Positions 52,702 through 64,000 of a stretch of DNA of 64,000 nt are shown here, one piece after another. The stretch is from Octopus vulgaris. Taxonomy: Eukaryota. Each line of letters starts with the position of its first letter. Position 1 is the first letter of the stretch. Made by a program: the position numbers and the translations under genes. The stretch is from the NCBI GenBank assembly GCA_951406725.2, contig OX597817.1:86552001-86616000 (forward strand). Direction: 5' to 3'. The notes beneath the pieces are model-generated. The model did no database searches. It was not told the DNA's origin and worked only from the letters and a program-made list of their open reading frames with translations.

Positions 52702-53223
52702 ATAATAATTCTCTAAAAGAGATATAGACAGTAACTGCTCGATAACATAAGGGACTAAAGCCATCTGAATATGGCTAGGGACAGGGCAGGGTGGTGGTGT
52801 TACTGTTGCATTTAGCCCCAGGCGAACATCGACGTCACCAGAAAGGCTCGACACCGTCACGGTGTCCTTATCCTGCAAAGGGAGGTAATTCCCCGATGAA
52901 GCGGAAACCACACACGGACCATGGTTTCAAGGTGTATTGCCTATCGTCGGCGTGTGGTAGGCTTCCGCTCCTCGACGAATTCTCACTCTGCAGGATATTC
53001 ATATATAGATTTTCAAGCAAAATACATTTGCTGATTTCGAAAATCTGTTCGAAAGCAATAATAATTCTCTAAAAGAGATATAGACAGTAACTGCTCGATA
53101 ACATAAGGGACTAAAGCCATCTGAATATGGCTAGGGACAGGACCCCCACCACCCTGCCCTGTCCCTAGCCATATTCAGATGGCTTTAGTCCCTTATGTTA
53201 TCGAGCAGTTACTGTCTATATCT
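52700..53223 (-). mobile_element. Retrozyme-like or non-autonomous PLE: 356-bp unit (~1.2 copies) plus inverted segment, in (TA)n
   Basis: 52701-52785 repeats at 53057-53141; 53147-53223 is inverted; hammerhead on the minus strand. Confidence 0.85.
52911..52956 (-). ncRNA. Minimal type I hammerhead ribozyme (CCGACGA variant)
   Basis: Minus strand cacacg CCGACGA t agg-caataca-cct t GAAA c-catg-g TC cgtgtg. Confidence 0.82.
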
Positions 53224-53271
53224 ATAGAAATCTACAATATAGGATTTCTTCAATCAGCACAATTTACCTAG

Positions 53272-53303
<32 letters not shown>

Positions 53304-53369
53304 CTCGAGCCTTTTTTACTCTTTTACTTGTCCCTTATGTTTATATATATATATATATATATACTCTCT

Positions 53370-53836
<467 letters not shown>

Positions 53837-53861
53837 TCCACTCCTATATATATATATATAT

Positions 53862-54503
53862 ATCAAAATGAGGGTGAAAAAATCGTATATTAATTTAATA
53901 ACATCAATTTAACACCAGTGATTTAGCGCATAAGAAACTGAGATTCAGTAAATATTATTAATACACATATGAGAGAGAATCCACTAAAGTGGACGCCCTT
54001 ACGCTAACCACTAAAAATTGTTCTCAAGAAAAACTTAGCACACTATGAACGTTATTAAATTAATATACAATTTTTTCCCCCTCATTTTGATTTTAATTCT
54101 TAAGTAATATGTTCTCAAACCGGCGTAAACTACTGCAGTGAATTGTTCATGCAGTATTTATTTCCGAGAATTTGGCGCGTTAGAACGAGGGCATTTGAAT
54201 ATAACTATGAATACAATAAGCCGTACTGTTCGTATTTTTGACCTCGTGTTAAGATATGGCGTGCAGTTCGACAAATAAAATTTCTGACGGACTCCACAGA
54301 GGATCTGCAAATTAATTGTGTAAGTAAAATTGCATAATTTATTAACAGTGAAACAATTGTATGGGGTTAATCTATATTTTTGTTATTTTTCATTTGTCCT
54401 GCTCGCTTACGTTCATAGTGTGCTAAGTTTTTCTTGAGAACAATTTTTAGTGGTTAGCGTAAGGGAGTCCACTTTAGTGGATTCTCTCTCATATGTGTAT
54501 TAA
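53862..54503 (+). mobile_element. Retrozyme-like or non-autonomous PLE: ~510-nt circularly permuted unit with 5' inverted segment, in (TA)n
   Basis: The reverse complement of 53862-54050 reads through the end of the plus unit (54410-54503), ~55 extra nt, and then its start (54051-54092). Confidence 0.8.
54291..54367 (+). ncRNA. Type I hammerhead fold with long stem II and CAGAGGA core variant
   Basis: actcca CAGAGGA t ctg...aattgtgtaa-gtaaaa-ttgcataatt...cag t GAAA c-aatt-g TA tggggt. Confidence 0.62.
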
Positions 54504-54561
54504 TATATATATATATACACACATGTGGTGGGATATACACTGTTTATATAGATATATAAAT

Positions 54562-54695
54562 AGGACGCATGGCCTAGTGATTAGGGTGTTGCACTCATGA
54601 TCTTGCGAACGTGTGAGCTCAATTACTAGACCGGGTGGTGCGTTGTATTCTTGAGCAAAACACTTCATCTCGCATTGATCTGCAATCACTTCGAC
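54562..54695 (+). mobile_element. tRNA-derived SINE 5' fragment
   Basis: gacgcatggcctagtgattagggtg...gcgttgtattcttgagcaaaacactt. Confidence 0.65.
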
Positions 54696-54708
54696 ATATA
54701 TGTGGGCG

Positions 54709-54779
<71 letters not shown>

Positions 54780-54789
54780 GTGTGTGAGG

Positions 54790-55047
54790 GAGGGGCGCAA
54801 TGGCCCAGTGGTTAGGGCAACGGACTCGCGGTGGGAGGATCGCTGTTGTGTGTGTTTATTGAGCGGAAACAAAAGCTCCACGAGCTCCGGCAGGGGATGG
54901 TGGCGAACCCTGTTGTACTCTTTCGCCACAACTTTCTCTCACTCTCTCTTCCTGTTTCTTGAGTAACGCTGCGATGGTGGGGGGACACGTACGCCACAGA
55001 GACCGGGAAACCGGGCCCATGAGCCTGGCTAGGCTTGAAAAGGGCGA
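54790..55047 (+). mobile_element. SINE, same family as 31084-31395, with internal deletions
   Basis: ggcgcaatggcccagtggttagggc...gggaaaccgggcccatgagcctggctaggcttgaaaagggcg. Confidence 0.88.
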
Positions 55048-55055
55048 CGTTTATC

Positions 55056-55138
<83 letters not shown>

Positions 55139-55142
55139 CATA

Positions 55143-55999
55143 CAGGGTGCGGTGATTACATTATCGTGTAATTACTCAAAAATGAAAATAACATTGACAT
55201 TTCATTTTAACAGATATATTTATCAAAATTACATAAAAACTATCTTGAAATACTAAAGAGTAAATTTGTTCAATACAATTGCAATTGACTTCAACCACGT
55301 CCTCCAGACTACTTCGGAATCTTCTGCAACTCTTCTGGACGGTCTCTTTCTATGATATGGAAAATGTGCCATAATCCTTGCCTTCAGTTCATCTTTGGTG
55401 TTACAAGGAGTTTTGTTGGTCTCTCGCTCAACTGCACCCCACACATAATAACCAAAGGGGTTGCAGTCAGGGGAGTGAGGTGGCCAGATATTAGGGATGA
55501 TGTGGTTGCAGAAGTTCTCTGACAGTCATCACCGGTTTCTCTTGCTTGTGTGACATAGGGTCTTCCAACAGCCACCCTCTTGACCAATGGTAGCATTACC
55601 TCCTCCAGGAATTTGATGTAGGCCACCATGTCGAGTCTGAGGCCGTGTGGGAAGATGAATGGAGGCATAATGTCGCCATCACTAGCGATCATTCAAAACA
55701 CTATGATGTTGACTGGATCATTATCACTCTTGGTATATGTCCTCAGATTGCAATGACCTCAGATCAACAACCAAACACTCTGAAATATTCGTCTAGGAGA
55801 TTCCGGCGTGAATGCCAGGCAGTACAGCATGTCGTTTCCAAATTTCTATTAGAGTGAATTGCGCCATGGTGCTTTTTTCCTTACAGATGGTGCCCAACAG
55901 ACCCTACTTTACTGTGTAGTTGACAAAATCAAAAACAAACAATGCGCATGCGTGAAATTAAGAGTACAAAATGGCGACAATCTACCCATCGCACCCTTA
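55143..55999 (-). mobile_element. Internally deleted maT/DD37D-like Tc1/mariner transposon
   Basis: TIRs cagggtgcggtgattacattatcg / cgacaatctacccatcgcaccct; SDGDIMPPFIFPHGLRL..AYI..LEEV, WPPHSPDCNP.GYYVWGAVER. Confidence 0.88.
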
Positions 56000-56038
56000 T
56001 GCATGTATGTATGCATGCATGTATGTATGTATGTATGT

Positions 56039-56039
<1 letters not shown>

Positions 56040-56105
<66 letters not shown>

Positions 56106-56128
56106 TCTAGCTAACTAGCTAGCTAGCC

Positions 56129-56173
<45 letters not shown>

Positions 56174-56174
56174 T

Positions 56175-56260
<86 letters not shown>
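56040..56260. repeat. (GACA)n/(GATA)n microsatellite
   Basis: Direct reading. Confidence 0.95.
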
Positions 56261-56262
<2 letters not shown>

Positions 56263-56759
56263 ACTTACGTCGAATCACAACGTAGTCAAGACAAAATAGA
56301 TCCTTCAGCAGAAACCTTCTACAATGAACACCTTGATAGCTCAATAGCAACCCGTTTTTTTTTTCTTTCTTGAAACAAATTTTAATTCCATCTTTCACTG
56401 ACTCTCTGTGGCCCTGTACTTCTTTTTCAACAAGAACGACAACGACAATACCAACAACCTGTCATTATGGGGAAAGTATTTTTATAGTTTGTGTTGTATT
56501 GTCTATATATTGAAAGAGATACAGGAACACACACAGACAAGCAACTTCAAAATAATTATATGTATATATAATACATATAATTATTTTTCTAAGTCTGTGT
56601 TGCGTTATATTGACAGACTTGAACTTAAAATACCTGAGTTTTAAATCAAAACTTGTTACAAAATCTTTCACGCAGACACTTTCTTTCTCTTTCTCTCTCT
56701 TTCTCCCCACCTCTCTCTCTCTCCAACAACAACTTTTTTCTCCTTCCCGTCTTGTAAAT

Positions 56760-57600
56760 ATATGAAGGAGCTGTGAAATCTTGCATACACTAATTTCAGC
56801 ACATCTTATTTATGACTGCATTGTTTTTTTCCAAGTAAGCTGACACTTCAAAGAAGACTTCAACACTAACTAGAAGCTACTTCTCTTGAAAACGGACGAA
56901 ATTTGGCATCGTGGCATTATCAAGAACTTGCAGAAGAAATGTTTAACCCACAACGACATTCATGCTGACATGATTTGTTGCATTAGAAGACGACGCTCCA
57001 CTGCAAAAGTGGGTAGTTGAATTTAGGAAGGGAAGGGAGAGTGTTGAAGATAGATGTCCTGCAACTGTCACTATCGAGAAAAACATTGATCGTGTTCACC
57101 ACATGGTGATGGATGACAGGCAATGGACTGTAAAACAACTAGCCAACGCTATTAGCATATCCCGAGGGTGAGTTGCGGATATTCTGTGCTAAAAACTTGG
57201 CATGACGAATGTTTCTGGTCGTTGGATGTCACGTTTTGTGACACCTGATCAAAAGCCTACAAGGCTGATCACATCACAGGAGAATCTGACATTGTCTGTG
57301 ACAGATCCAGTTGGTTTCCTTCAACGTTTCCAAAGCCAGGACAAGAGTTGGCTTCGTCACTTTGATCCAGAGACGAAGAGACAATCCATGCAGTGAAAAT
57401 ACCCCTTCTCGCCATTTTTGTTTTTGTTTTTTTGTTTTTGTCTTTTCTTTTAGCAATAGGACGAAAGCACTGTAACACCGATATAAGAAGAGTGTGGACC
57501 GCAAGTGGGGTGGGGGGCTATCCTGAAAACTAAACCTCGTTTGGTCACATTTCACGGGTATATCTTAGTCAGCCTGTGAATCTTTCAGCCAACCTTCGTC
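56760..57600 (+). mobile_element. Decayed mariner (irritans/Himar-like) with internal deletion
   Basis: KWVVEFRKGRESVED, VSGRWMSRFVTPDQK (WVPRLL-like), DKSWLRHFDPETKRQSMQ; ends similar to MITE 39737-39960. Confidence 0.8.
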
Positions 57601-57804
57601 CATATATATATGGACAAACGGGAGTGTGAAACTCTGAGTAACAGTTTTTGAGGATGTTTTTGCAGCGGTATTTGAGTACTATTTTTTCCACTTTGTTTTG
57701 CATTTATGAGTGTGTGTATGTGTATAAGAGTTAAATTAACTCCAAAACCACTAAAGCACTATACTTAATGACTGACAAAGGGAGGTAAGTCCTTAGCGTA
57801 TATA

Positions 57805-57859
57805 CCCGTATCGCGATTTCGAATTTTGGTGTAGACCATCTTAATTCTCATCAGCGGCT
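57805..57859 (-). ncRNA. Type I hammerhead ribozyme, canonical core
   Basis: Minus strand agccg CTGATGA gaatt...aattc GAAA t-cgcg-a TA cgg. Confidence 0.82.
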
Positions 57860-58137
57860 CTTATCACCTAGGGTTAAACTCAACTTCTTTTGTCAATCTT
57901 ATAAGAAAAACCGTTGAAAACATGTACTGATTTTCAAAATGGTAAAAGTATAAACAAAAACCAATAGGTTGGCCTATTAGCAATTAGAACCTAAAGGCAA
58001 AATTAATAGAGGTCACAAAGGTGGCGCAGGGCACTGACCAGCACCGTTTATGCTAAAATATGAGTTAAATTAACTCCCAAACCACTAAAGCACTACACTT
58101 AATGACTGACAAAGGCAGGTAAGTCCTAAGCGTATAT

Positions 58138-58193
58138 AGCCGTATCGTGATTTCGAATTTTGGTGTAGGCCACATTAATTCTCATCAGCGGCT
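58138..58193 (-). ncRNA. Type I hammerhead ribozyme, canonical core (second copy)
   Basis: Minus strand agccg CTGATGA gaatt...aattc GAAA t-cacg-a TA cggct. Confidence 0.85.
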
Positions 58194-58608
58194 CTTAACG
58201 CCTAGGGTTAAACTCAACTTCCTTTGTCAAGCTTATAAGAAAAATCTTTTGGTTTATTGTTTACACTTTTATAATTTTCAAAATCAACACCTTCTTATAA
58301 CGTTGACAAAGGAAATTGAGTTGAACCCTAGGTGTTAAGAGCCGCTTATTTTAGCACAAGCGGTGATGATCACTGCCCTCTGTGACTTTTGTGACGTCTA
58401 TTAATTTAGTATTTAGGTTCTAATTGCTAATAGGTCACCATTTTGCTTTTATATATATATACACAATTATATAATAATATATATAATAAGAGCAAAAGAA
58501 AAAAAATTTCTATGCCAATATGCAGAAAAATCGTCTAACCACATACAATAGATCGTCTAACCACTGGAACGAGGAAAGTAAGCTAACAGAAATTTTTAAA
58601 ATTCATTA

Positions 58609-58668
58609 TTCCCGAATCGGACCGATTTCTGGATTAATCCACAAGGATTCTTCCTTCTTCAGCGAGAA
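58609..58668 (-). ncRNA. Type I hammerhead ribozyme fold
   Basis: Minus strand ttctcg CTGAAGA a gga-agaatcc-ttgt-ggatt-aa-tcc a GAAA tcgg-t-ccga TT cgggaa. Confidence 0.7.
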
Positions 58669-59099
58669 ACACGACTAGAATAAATGGAACACTTACATAT
58701 ACCCACTGAAAAAGCAGATGCAAAGACATGGGTACATTTAAGTACCCCAAATATATCTAAACAGAAATTCTGTTGCGAGCCTCAGTACACGTGTAGACGG
58801 TCTGGAAAACTGACGTAAAGTGGTTACCAGTGCCGAAGTGAATGGTAATAAATTTACTTCTAATATAAGAATAACATTTTTCGAAAAAAATATTATCAGT
58901 GGCCGAGATGACCAGTAACCATTTGAAACCGCAGGTTTTACATCAGAATGCCCCTTTTCTAGAAGGATGCAGTGGTAGCAGCTGGGGTTCATCCTTCTTG
59001 TAGGTAGGTACAAGCATGATTCGAGGTTGCGTCCCACTACGTAGCACCTTGGTAAGTGCTTTTTACTGTATACTGGTCATATATATATATTAAGGATTG

Positions 59100-60590
59100 C
59101 GTACGTTACATAAATATTTTCAAACAACAAACGGAATATTTGACACACCCGTATATATAATTCACAAAAACGTGTAGTAAATAATCAAACAAACATATAC
59201 TAAACACATAGGCAAGCAGAAATCACAAACGGTCACCAACTCCTCATCAGTTATCGGCCAGAGAGGTCGAACGCAATTTCAGTTATTATTGATAAGATTG
59301 CTTCCACTCTGGAGGGACGGACAAGAAATTTGCCGGGAATGGTAACAAAACGTAATGAAACGAGACCGTTAGTGGACGGACGAGGGACAAAACAATAAGC
59401 AGAATAAAAGCTTAGGGCCAGACGATGACAACAATTGATAAAAAGTAATAATACATATACAACAAAAGAGCCTGGGGGTAGCAAGACAAAAGTGGGTAAC
59501 GCGAAGGGGCAATGAAAACTCTCCTAAAAGACTATAGACACGGGAGGGGTGCAGCGACGAGCAAAGAGAATCCTGACCGGTCCGGTCCAAGGCCACGCAA
59601 GAAAGAATGACACCGCCTTAGGTCGTCACGGGTTACGTGATAGTGGGAGGAAAATAAAAAAGGAGGGAAAGAGAGGAAGAGAGAGATAGAGAAAGAGAGA
59701 GATAGAGAAAGAGAGAGAGAGAGAGAGAAAGGAAATTAAAAGAGAAGCAAAGTAAAGGGACAGAGTGGTACAAAAATATTCGAAGAGTATTTCTACAAAT
59801 GGGTAAAAAAAATTAAGGAGTGCGTGCCTTACATAGATATCATTTTCAGGATTAAATAAAAAGACAAACGGAAAATTTGACATAGCTATATATATACATA
59901 ATTTTAAAAACGTGTAGTAAATAATCAAACGAACCCATACTAAATATACAGGCGAACAGAAAGCACAGACAGTCACCAATTCCTCGACAGTTATCGGCCA
60001 GAGAGGTCGAACGCAATTTCAGCCATTGTCGATTAGACTGCTTCGACTCTGGAGGCCCCAGCAAGAAACTTGCCGGTAATGGGACCAAAACATAACGAAA
60101 CGAGACCGTTAGTGGACGGGCGAAGGACAAAACAATAAACAGAATAAAGGCATAGGTCACGATTCTCTTTGCTCCCTGCTATACTCCTTTCATGTCTATA
60201 GTCCATCTAGGACAGTTTTCATTTCTCCTTCGCGTTACCCATATTTGTCTGTCATGCAGCCCTCAGGCTTTTTTTTGTTGTATATGTGCTATTATTTATT
60301 ATTAATTGTTGTCTTCTTCTGGCCCTAAGCCTTTATCCTGCATATTGTTTTGTCCCTCATCCGTCCACTAACGGTCTCGTTTCGTTATGTTCTGGTCCCA
60401 TTCCGGCAAATTTCTTGTTGGTCCCGCCAGAGTGGAAGCAATCTTATCGATAAAGCTGAAATTGCGTTCGACCTCTCTGCCCGATAACTGACGAGGTGAC
60501 TTTCTGTGTTTTCTGCACACACAGCTGTATATAGTATATGTTTGTTTGATTATTTGCAACACATTTTTTTTATTTCGTTCACACAATGTC
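59100..60590. mobile_element. Older non-coding tandem-plus-inverted element (~740-bp unit, ~1.4 copies, plus ~430 bp inverted)
   Basis: 59167-59415 repeats at 59906-60157; 60158-60585 is the reverse complement of ~59160-59575. Confidence 0.8.
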
Positions 60591-60710
60591 ATTATTAGTT
60601 TTTTAATAAGAACTTGTCAAATTGTCAGAGACGTATAACTTATGCGTTACATTATTGGGTTAAATCTCTAAGATGGTTGAAAATCAACCGTCGTAGGGAT
60701 GACTAGCGAC

Positions 60711-60750
<40 letters not shown>

Positions 60751-61621
60751 GTGTGTCTGTGTACTGAGAGAGAGAGAGAAAGTGAGAGAGATTAAAGAGA
60801 GGGAGAAAGGAAGAAAGAGAGAGTGATGTGTACGATACATGATATAATCTATTACTTTTGTCTATACATATTCCAGTTTTACTATAGACTTTCCCATTTC
60901 CGCCAAAAACCATAACTATGTGTAGATATGAAAAATTGGTATAATATGAATACCAGTGGGTTTAATTAAATATGATATCGTACAAACTTAACTATTGCTT
61001 TTCATGGATTTGCGTGTCTGAGTAATTCCATTCAGTGATTTACATTTTGAAATATGTTGACGGATAATAATAAGACCTTACTTGACGAAATGACTAAGTT
61101 AATCATTGAGATAAAGACGTCTTTTCCTCATTGCATAATAATTAATCATTTCAGATTTGATATACGTTAAATATGCTATCACAAACGTTCAACATTCTTT
61201 ATCTTGTCATTAAAATCTTTCTTAAAGTTCATCCAGACACACAAATATATAGATAGATACATGTTGGTTTGTGACAATATGTGTATGTGAATGCTTGCCG
61301 TGTTGTATATGGTTGCATGCGTGCGAGAATATTTGTGCATGTATGTGCATTTGTTATCATGCTTTCGGTTTCGTGTAATTAATAATGTTTGTTCATATAG
61401 TTATTCATGTGACTTCACTTCCACACACTCACACAGATACACATACAAACACAAACACACACATAAACACTCACACATATATACACACATACATACATAC
61501 ATGCATGCATACATACATACATACATACATACATACATACATACATACATACATACATACACAGGCAAATCATAAATAAAATAATAAAATCAGTTAATTA
61601 GATGTACACAGAAAATATATG

Positions 61622-61712
<91 letters not shown>

Positions 61713-61779
61713 GCAGAGTGGGAGAGAGAAAGAGAGAGACATACATAAATATACAAATATGTATGCTTATATATGTATG

Positions 61780-61839
<60 letters not shown>

Positions 61840-62649
61840 TAAAGAAAGAGAGAGTGAGAGACGTATATAAATATACATACATATATATTGATATATAAAT
61901 GTATATATAAAGTATACGTTACTATATGTACATAAATATGCATGCTTATTTTATGTGCGTGTGTCCGTGTGTGTGTGTATATGAGTATGTGTGTATTTGT
62001 GTGGGTGTGTGCGTGTGTTTCTCGTTCTTTTCTGTTTCAAGAAAAAATTATTTTATTATATTTTATATCTTTATTGATGTTCATTTTTTTTCTTCTTCCT
62101 CATCTTCATATTCAGAAAAAAAATAATAATAATAATGGCAAAGAAAAGCAAGGAATTTTTCATTTTGACTCTTATCGAGATATGTGTTCTTTAAAAACGG
62201 CAGTGTTAAGGGATAAAAGCCTTGACATCAAGGTTCACATTTGACAGAAAAAAAATGTTAGCCTTCTTTTCTTTTTGCTTGCATATCCTGCTCCACCTAA
62301 CTATTTGACATTCAACACAACGCCACTCGCTCTCGCAAGCATGGGGGCGGCGGTAATAATATGATGGCAGTGGTGATGATGATGATGATGATGATGGGAT
62401 ATGTTGGTGGCAGTGATGGTGGGAGCACGAGCAGAGCGGGAAAGATCGGAGTAGGGGCCTTTGAAATGGGGGTGGAGAGTTTAAGATGAAAATATCGATA
62501 AATACGTCAATTTCAAATATACCAAAAAGCTTGTTGGCATACAATTCTCTTTCTCTCTTTCTCTCCCTCACTCTCTATCTTTATCGCTCTCTCTTTCTTT
62601 CTCTACATACACGCACACAAGCTCACACACACACACATGCTATATGTAC

Positions 62650-62688
<39 letters not shown>

Positions 62689-62916
62689 CACACACTCACA
62701 TATATATGAGTATATTTGATATATATGTATGTAAGCTATGTCCATGTATACATGCATGTTACAAGTATGTATGTTTGTATGTGTGTATTTGTATATACAT
62801 CTGCATCTTGCTTTGTGTGCATATGGAGGAGTTGAATATGCACACATACAAATGTTTGTGTCTCTATGCATATGCATGCACATATATGCATACATGTGTG
62901 TGTACGTATGTGTGTT

Positions 62917-62990
<74 letters not shown>

Positions 62991-63014
62991 TTTATTATAT
63001 AGAAGGAGCTTCTA

Positions 63015-63054
63015 CAGGACTAGAACTGTTTCATTCAAGAGAAATCTTCAGGTC
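63015..63054 (-). ncRNA. Hammerhead core in the probable inverted 5' terminal repeat of a PLE
   Basis: Minus strand gac CTGAAGA t ttc-tctt-gaa t GAAA cagttc TA gtc; stem III imperfect. Confidence 0.55.
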
Positions 63055-63780
63055 GCTACACCTGTAGCTAAAATCTTCTTCACTCTCCTACAGAAACACT
63101 TCCCCACCCAACATAAGTACTACACTATCCTAAATAAGAACACTATTAGACTCTCCTACTCTACCACGCCCAATCTAGCCAGGAACCTAGCCAACAACAA
63201 TGTGAAAAAACTTAACATATCTACTTTTTCCGAGGCCCATCCAACGTCCGATAGCAATTGCAACTGCCCTGATAAAACCACCTGCCCCCTCAACAACAAC
63301 TGCCTACAGAGGGACCTAGTATATACATGCGAGGTAAGATCAGGCCCTGACGATAAAAGAAAATCCTACATCGGAATGACGTCAAACAGCTTTAAGACAC
63401 GTTGGTACGCACACACACACTCGTTCCGGCGACCGGATAAATCCAACCAAACTACCCTCGCCGCCCACATCTGGTACCTTAAAAGGAACTCCATCCCCTT
63501 CAAGACCAAGTGGAAACTACTACAGAAGGCGCGTTCGTACACAGGAGGCCATACCTGCTGTGACCTTTGCATTTCGGAGAGCCTAGAGATCTTGTTCGCC
63601 AAAGGCCCTCTCCTTAACAAGATCTCAGAACACTCCCCAAATTGCATGCATAAGAATTATGCAAACTACAAGAACTATAGACCTACCCGGCAACCAGATT
63701 AATGACACCCCACCCACAAACCCCCCCCAATCCCACTGTTCCCCTAGCACCCCCGACTACCTTTTCTCCTAAGACCTTTC
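63055..63780 (+). mobile_element. 5'-truncated Penelope-like element: RT-EN linker plus open GIY-YIG endonuclease (Hydra-clade-like); coding part ends at 63702
   Basis: KHFP..HKY..ILNKNTIRLSYS, CNCPDKTTCPLNNNC, LVY...YIGMTSNSFKTRWYAH..SF, LAAHIW, KW...CDLCISE..EI, LLNK..E..CMH; between TA/TG tracts. Confidence 0.92.
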
Positions 63781-63907
63781 ACATATTGTATGTGCACGCT
63801 TGTATATGTGTATCGTATATATGTATAGAAATGTATGGGTATAGTAGGAATATACGCATGTATTATGTGTGTGTGTGTGTGTATGTATGTAAAAAAATAT
63901 ATTTATA

Positions 63908-63954
<47 letters not shown>

Positions 63955-64000
63955 ATATATGTATATATGTGTGTATGCATATGTATGTGTATTTGTATGT

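Larger units (their letters stand above)
57727..58440 (-). mobile_element. Retrozyme-like or non-autonomous PLE: 334-bp unit (~1.5 copies) plus inverted segments
   Basis: 57728-57910 repeats at 58062-58244; 58245-58440 consists of inverted pieces of the unit; two hammerheads on the minus strand. Confidence 0.87.

Noticed and set aside
52893-52980. Plus-strand CCGATGA followed by a long stem as a second hammerhead
   Set aside because: No GAAA/UH after the closing stem; the complete fold is on the minus strand
62866-63054. N-terminal part of the 278-aa ORF as a real protein start
   Set aside because: It runs through (TA)n and the inverted segment; only ~63055-63702 is PLE coding sequence

Overview
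AT-rich, microsatellite-saturated, non-coding animal DNA. The SINE repertoire and repeat landscape look like an Octopus (coleoid cephalopod) genome; this is an inference from recognition, not a search result. No host protein-coding exon could be recognised, and most ORF-track entries are translated microsatellites. The window is an accumulation of mobile elements: (1) at least three tRNA-derived SINE families in many copies; (2) 5'-truncated non-LTR retrotransposons with a restriction-like endonuclease (R4/Dong-like) stacked inside (TAA)n arrays at 2.1-6.0, 13.3-14.5 and 16.9-18.1 kb; (3) Penelope-like element (PLE) RT and GIY-YIG fragments at 7.4, 12.3, 22.7 and 63 kb; (4) Tc1/mariner, maT-like, pogo/Tc2-like and hAT relics and MITEs; (5) a cluster of non-autonomous Helitrons at 47-52.7 kb, one carrying a Pif1 helicase fragment. 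The most interesting signal is a set of at least six sequence-unrelated, non-coding elements in or beside (TA)n/(TAA)n tracts that each carry a minimal type I hammerhead ribozyme fold. Four of them show ~330-510 bp head-to-tail units with an inverted segment on their 5' side (46.3, 52.7, 53.9, 57.7 kb); further folds lie at 26.8, 35.2, 35.7 and 58.6 kb, with decayed ones next to coding PLE fragments at 21.8 and 63.0 kb. These look like a diverse population of retrozyme-like or non-autonomous PLE elements with variant catalytic cores (CCGANGA, CAGAGGA) and palindromic stem III loops. All coordinates were read by eye and may be off by a few bases.
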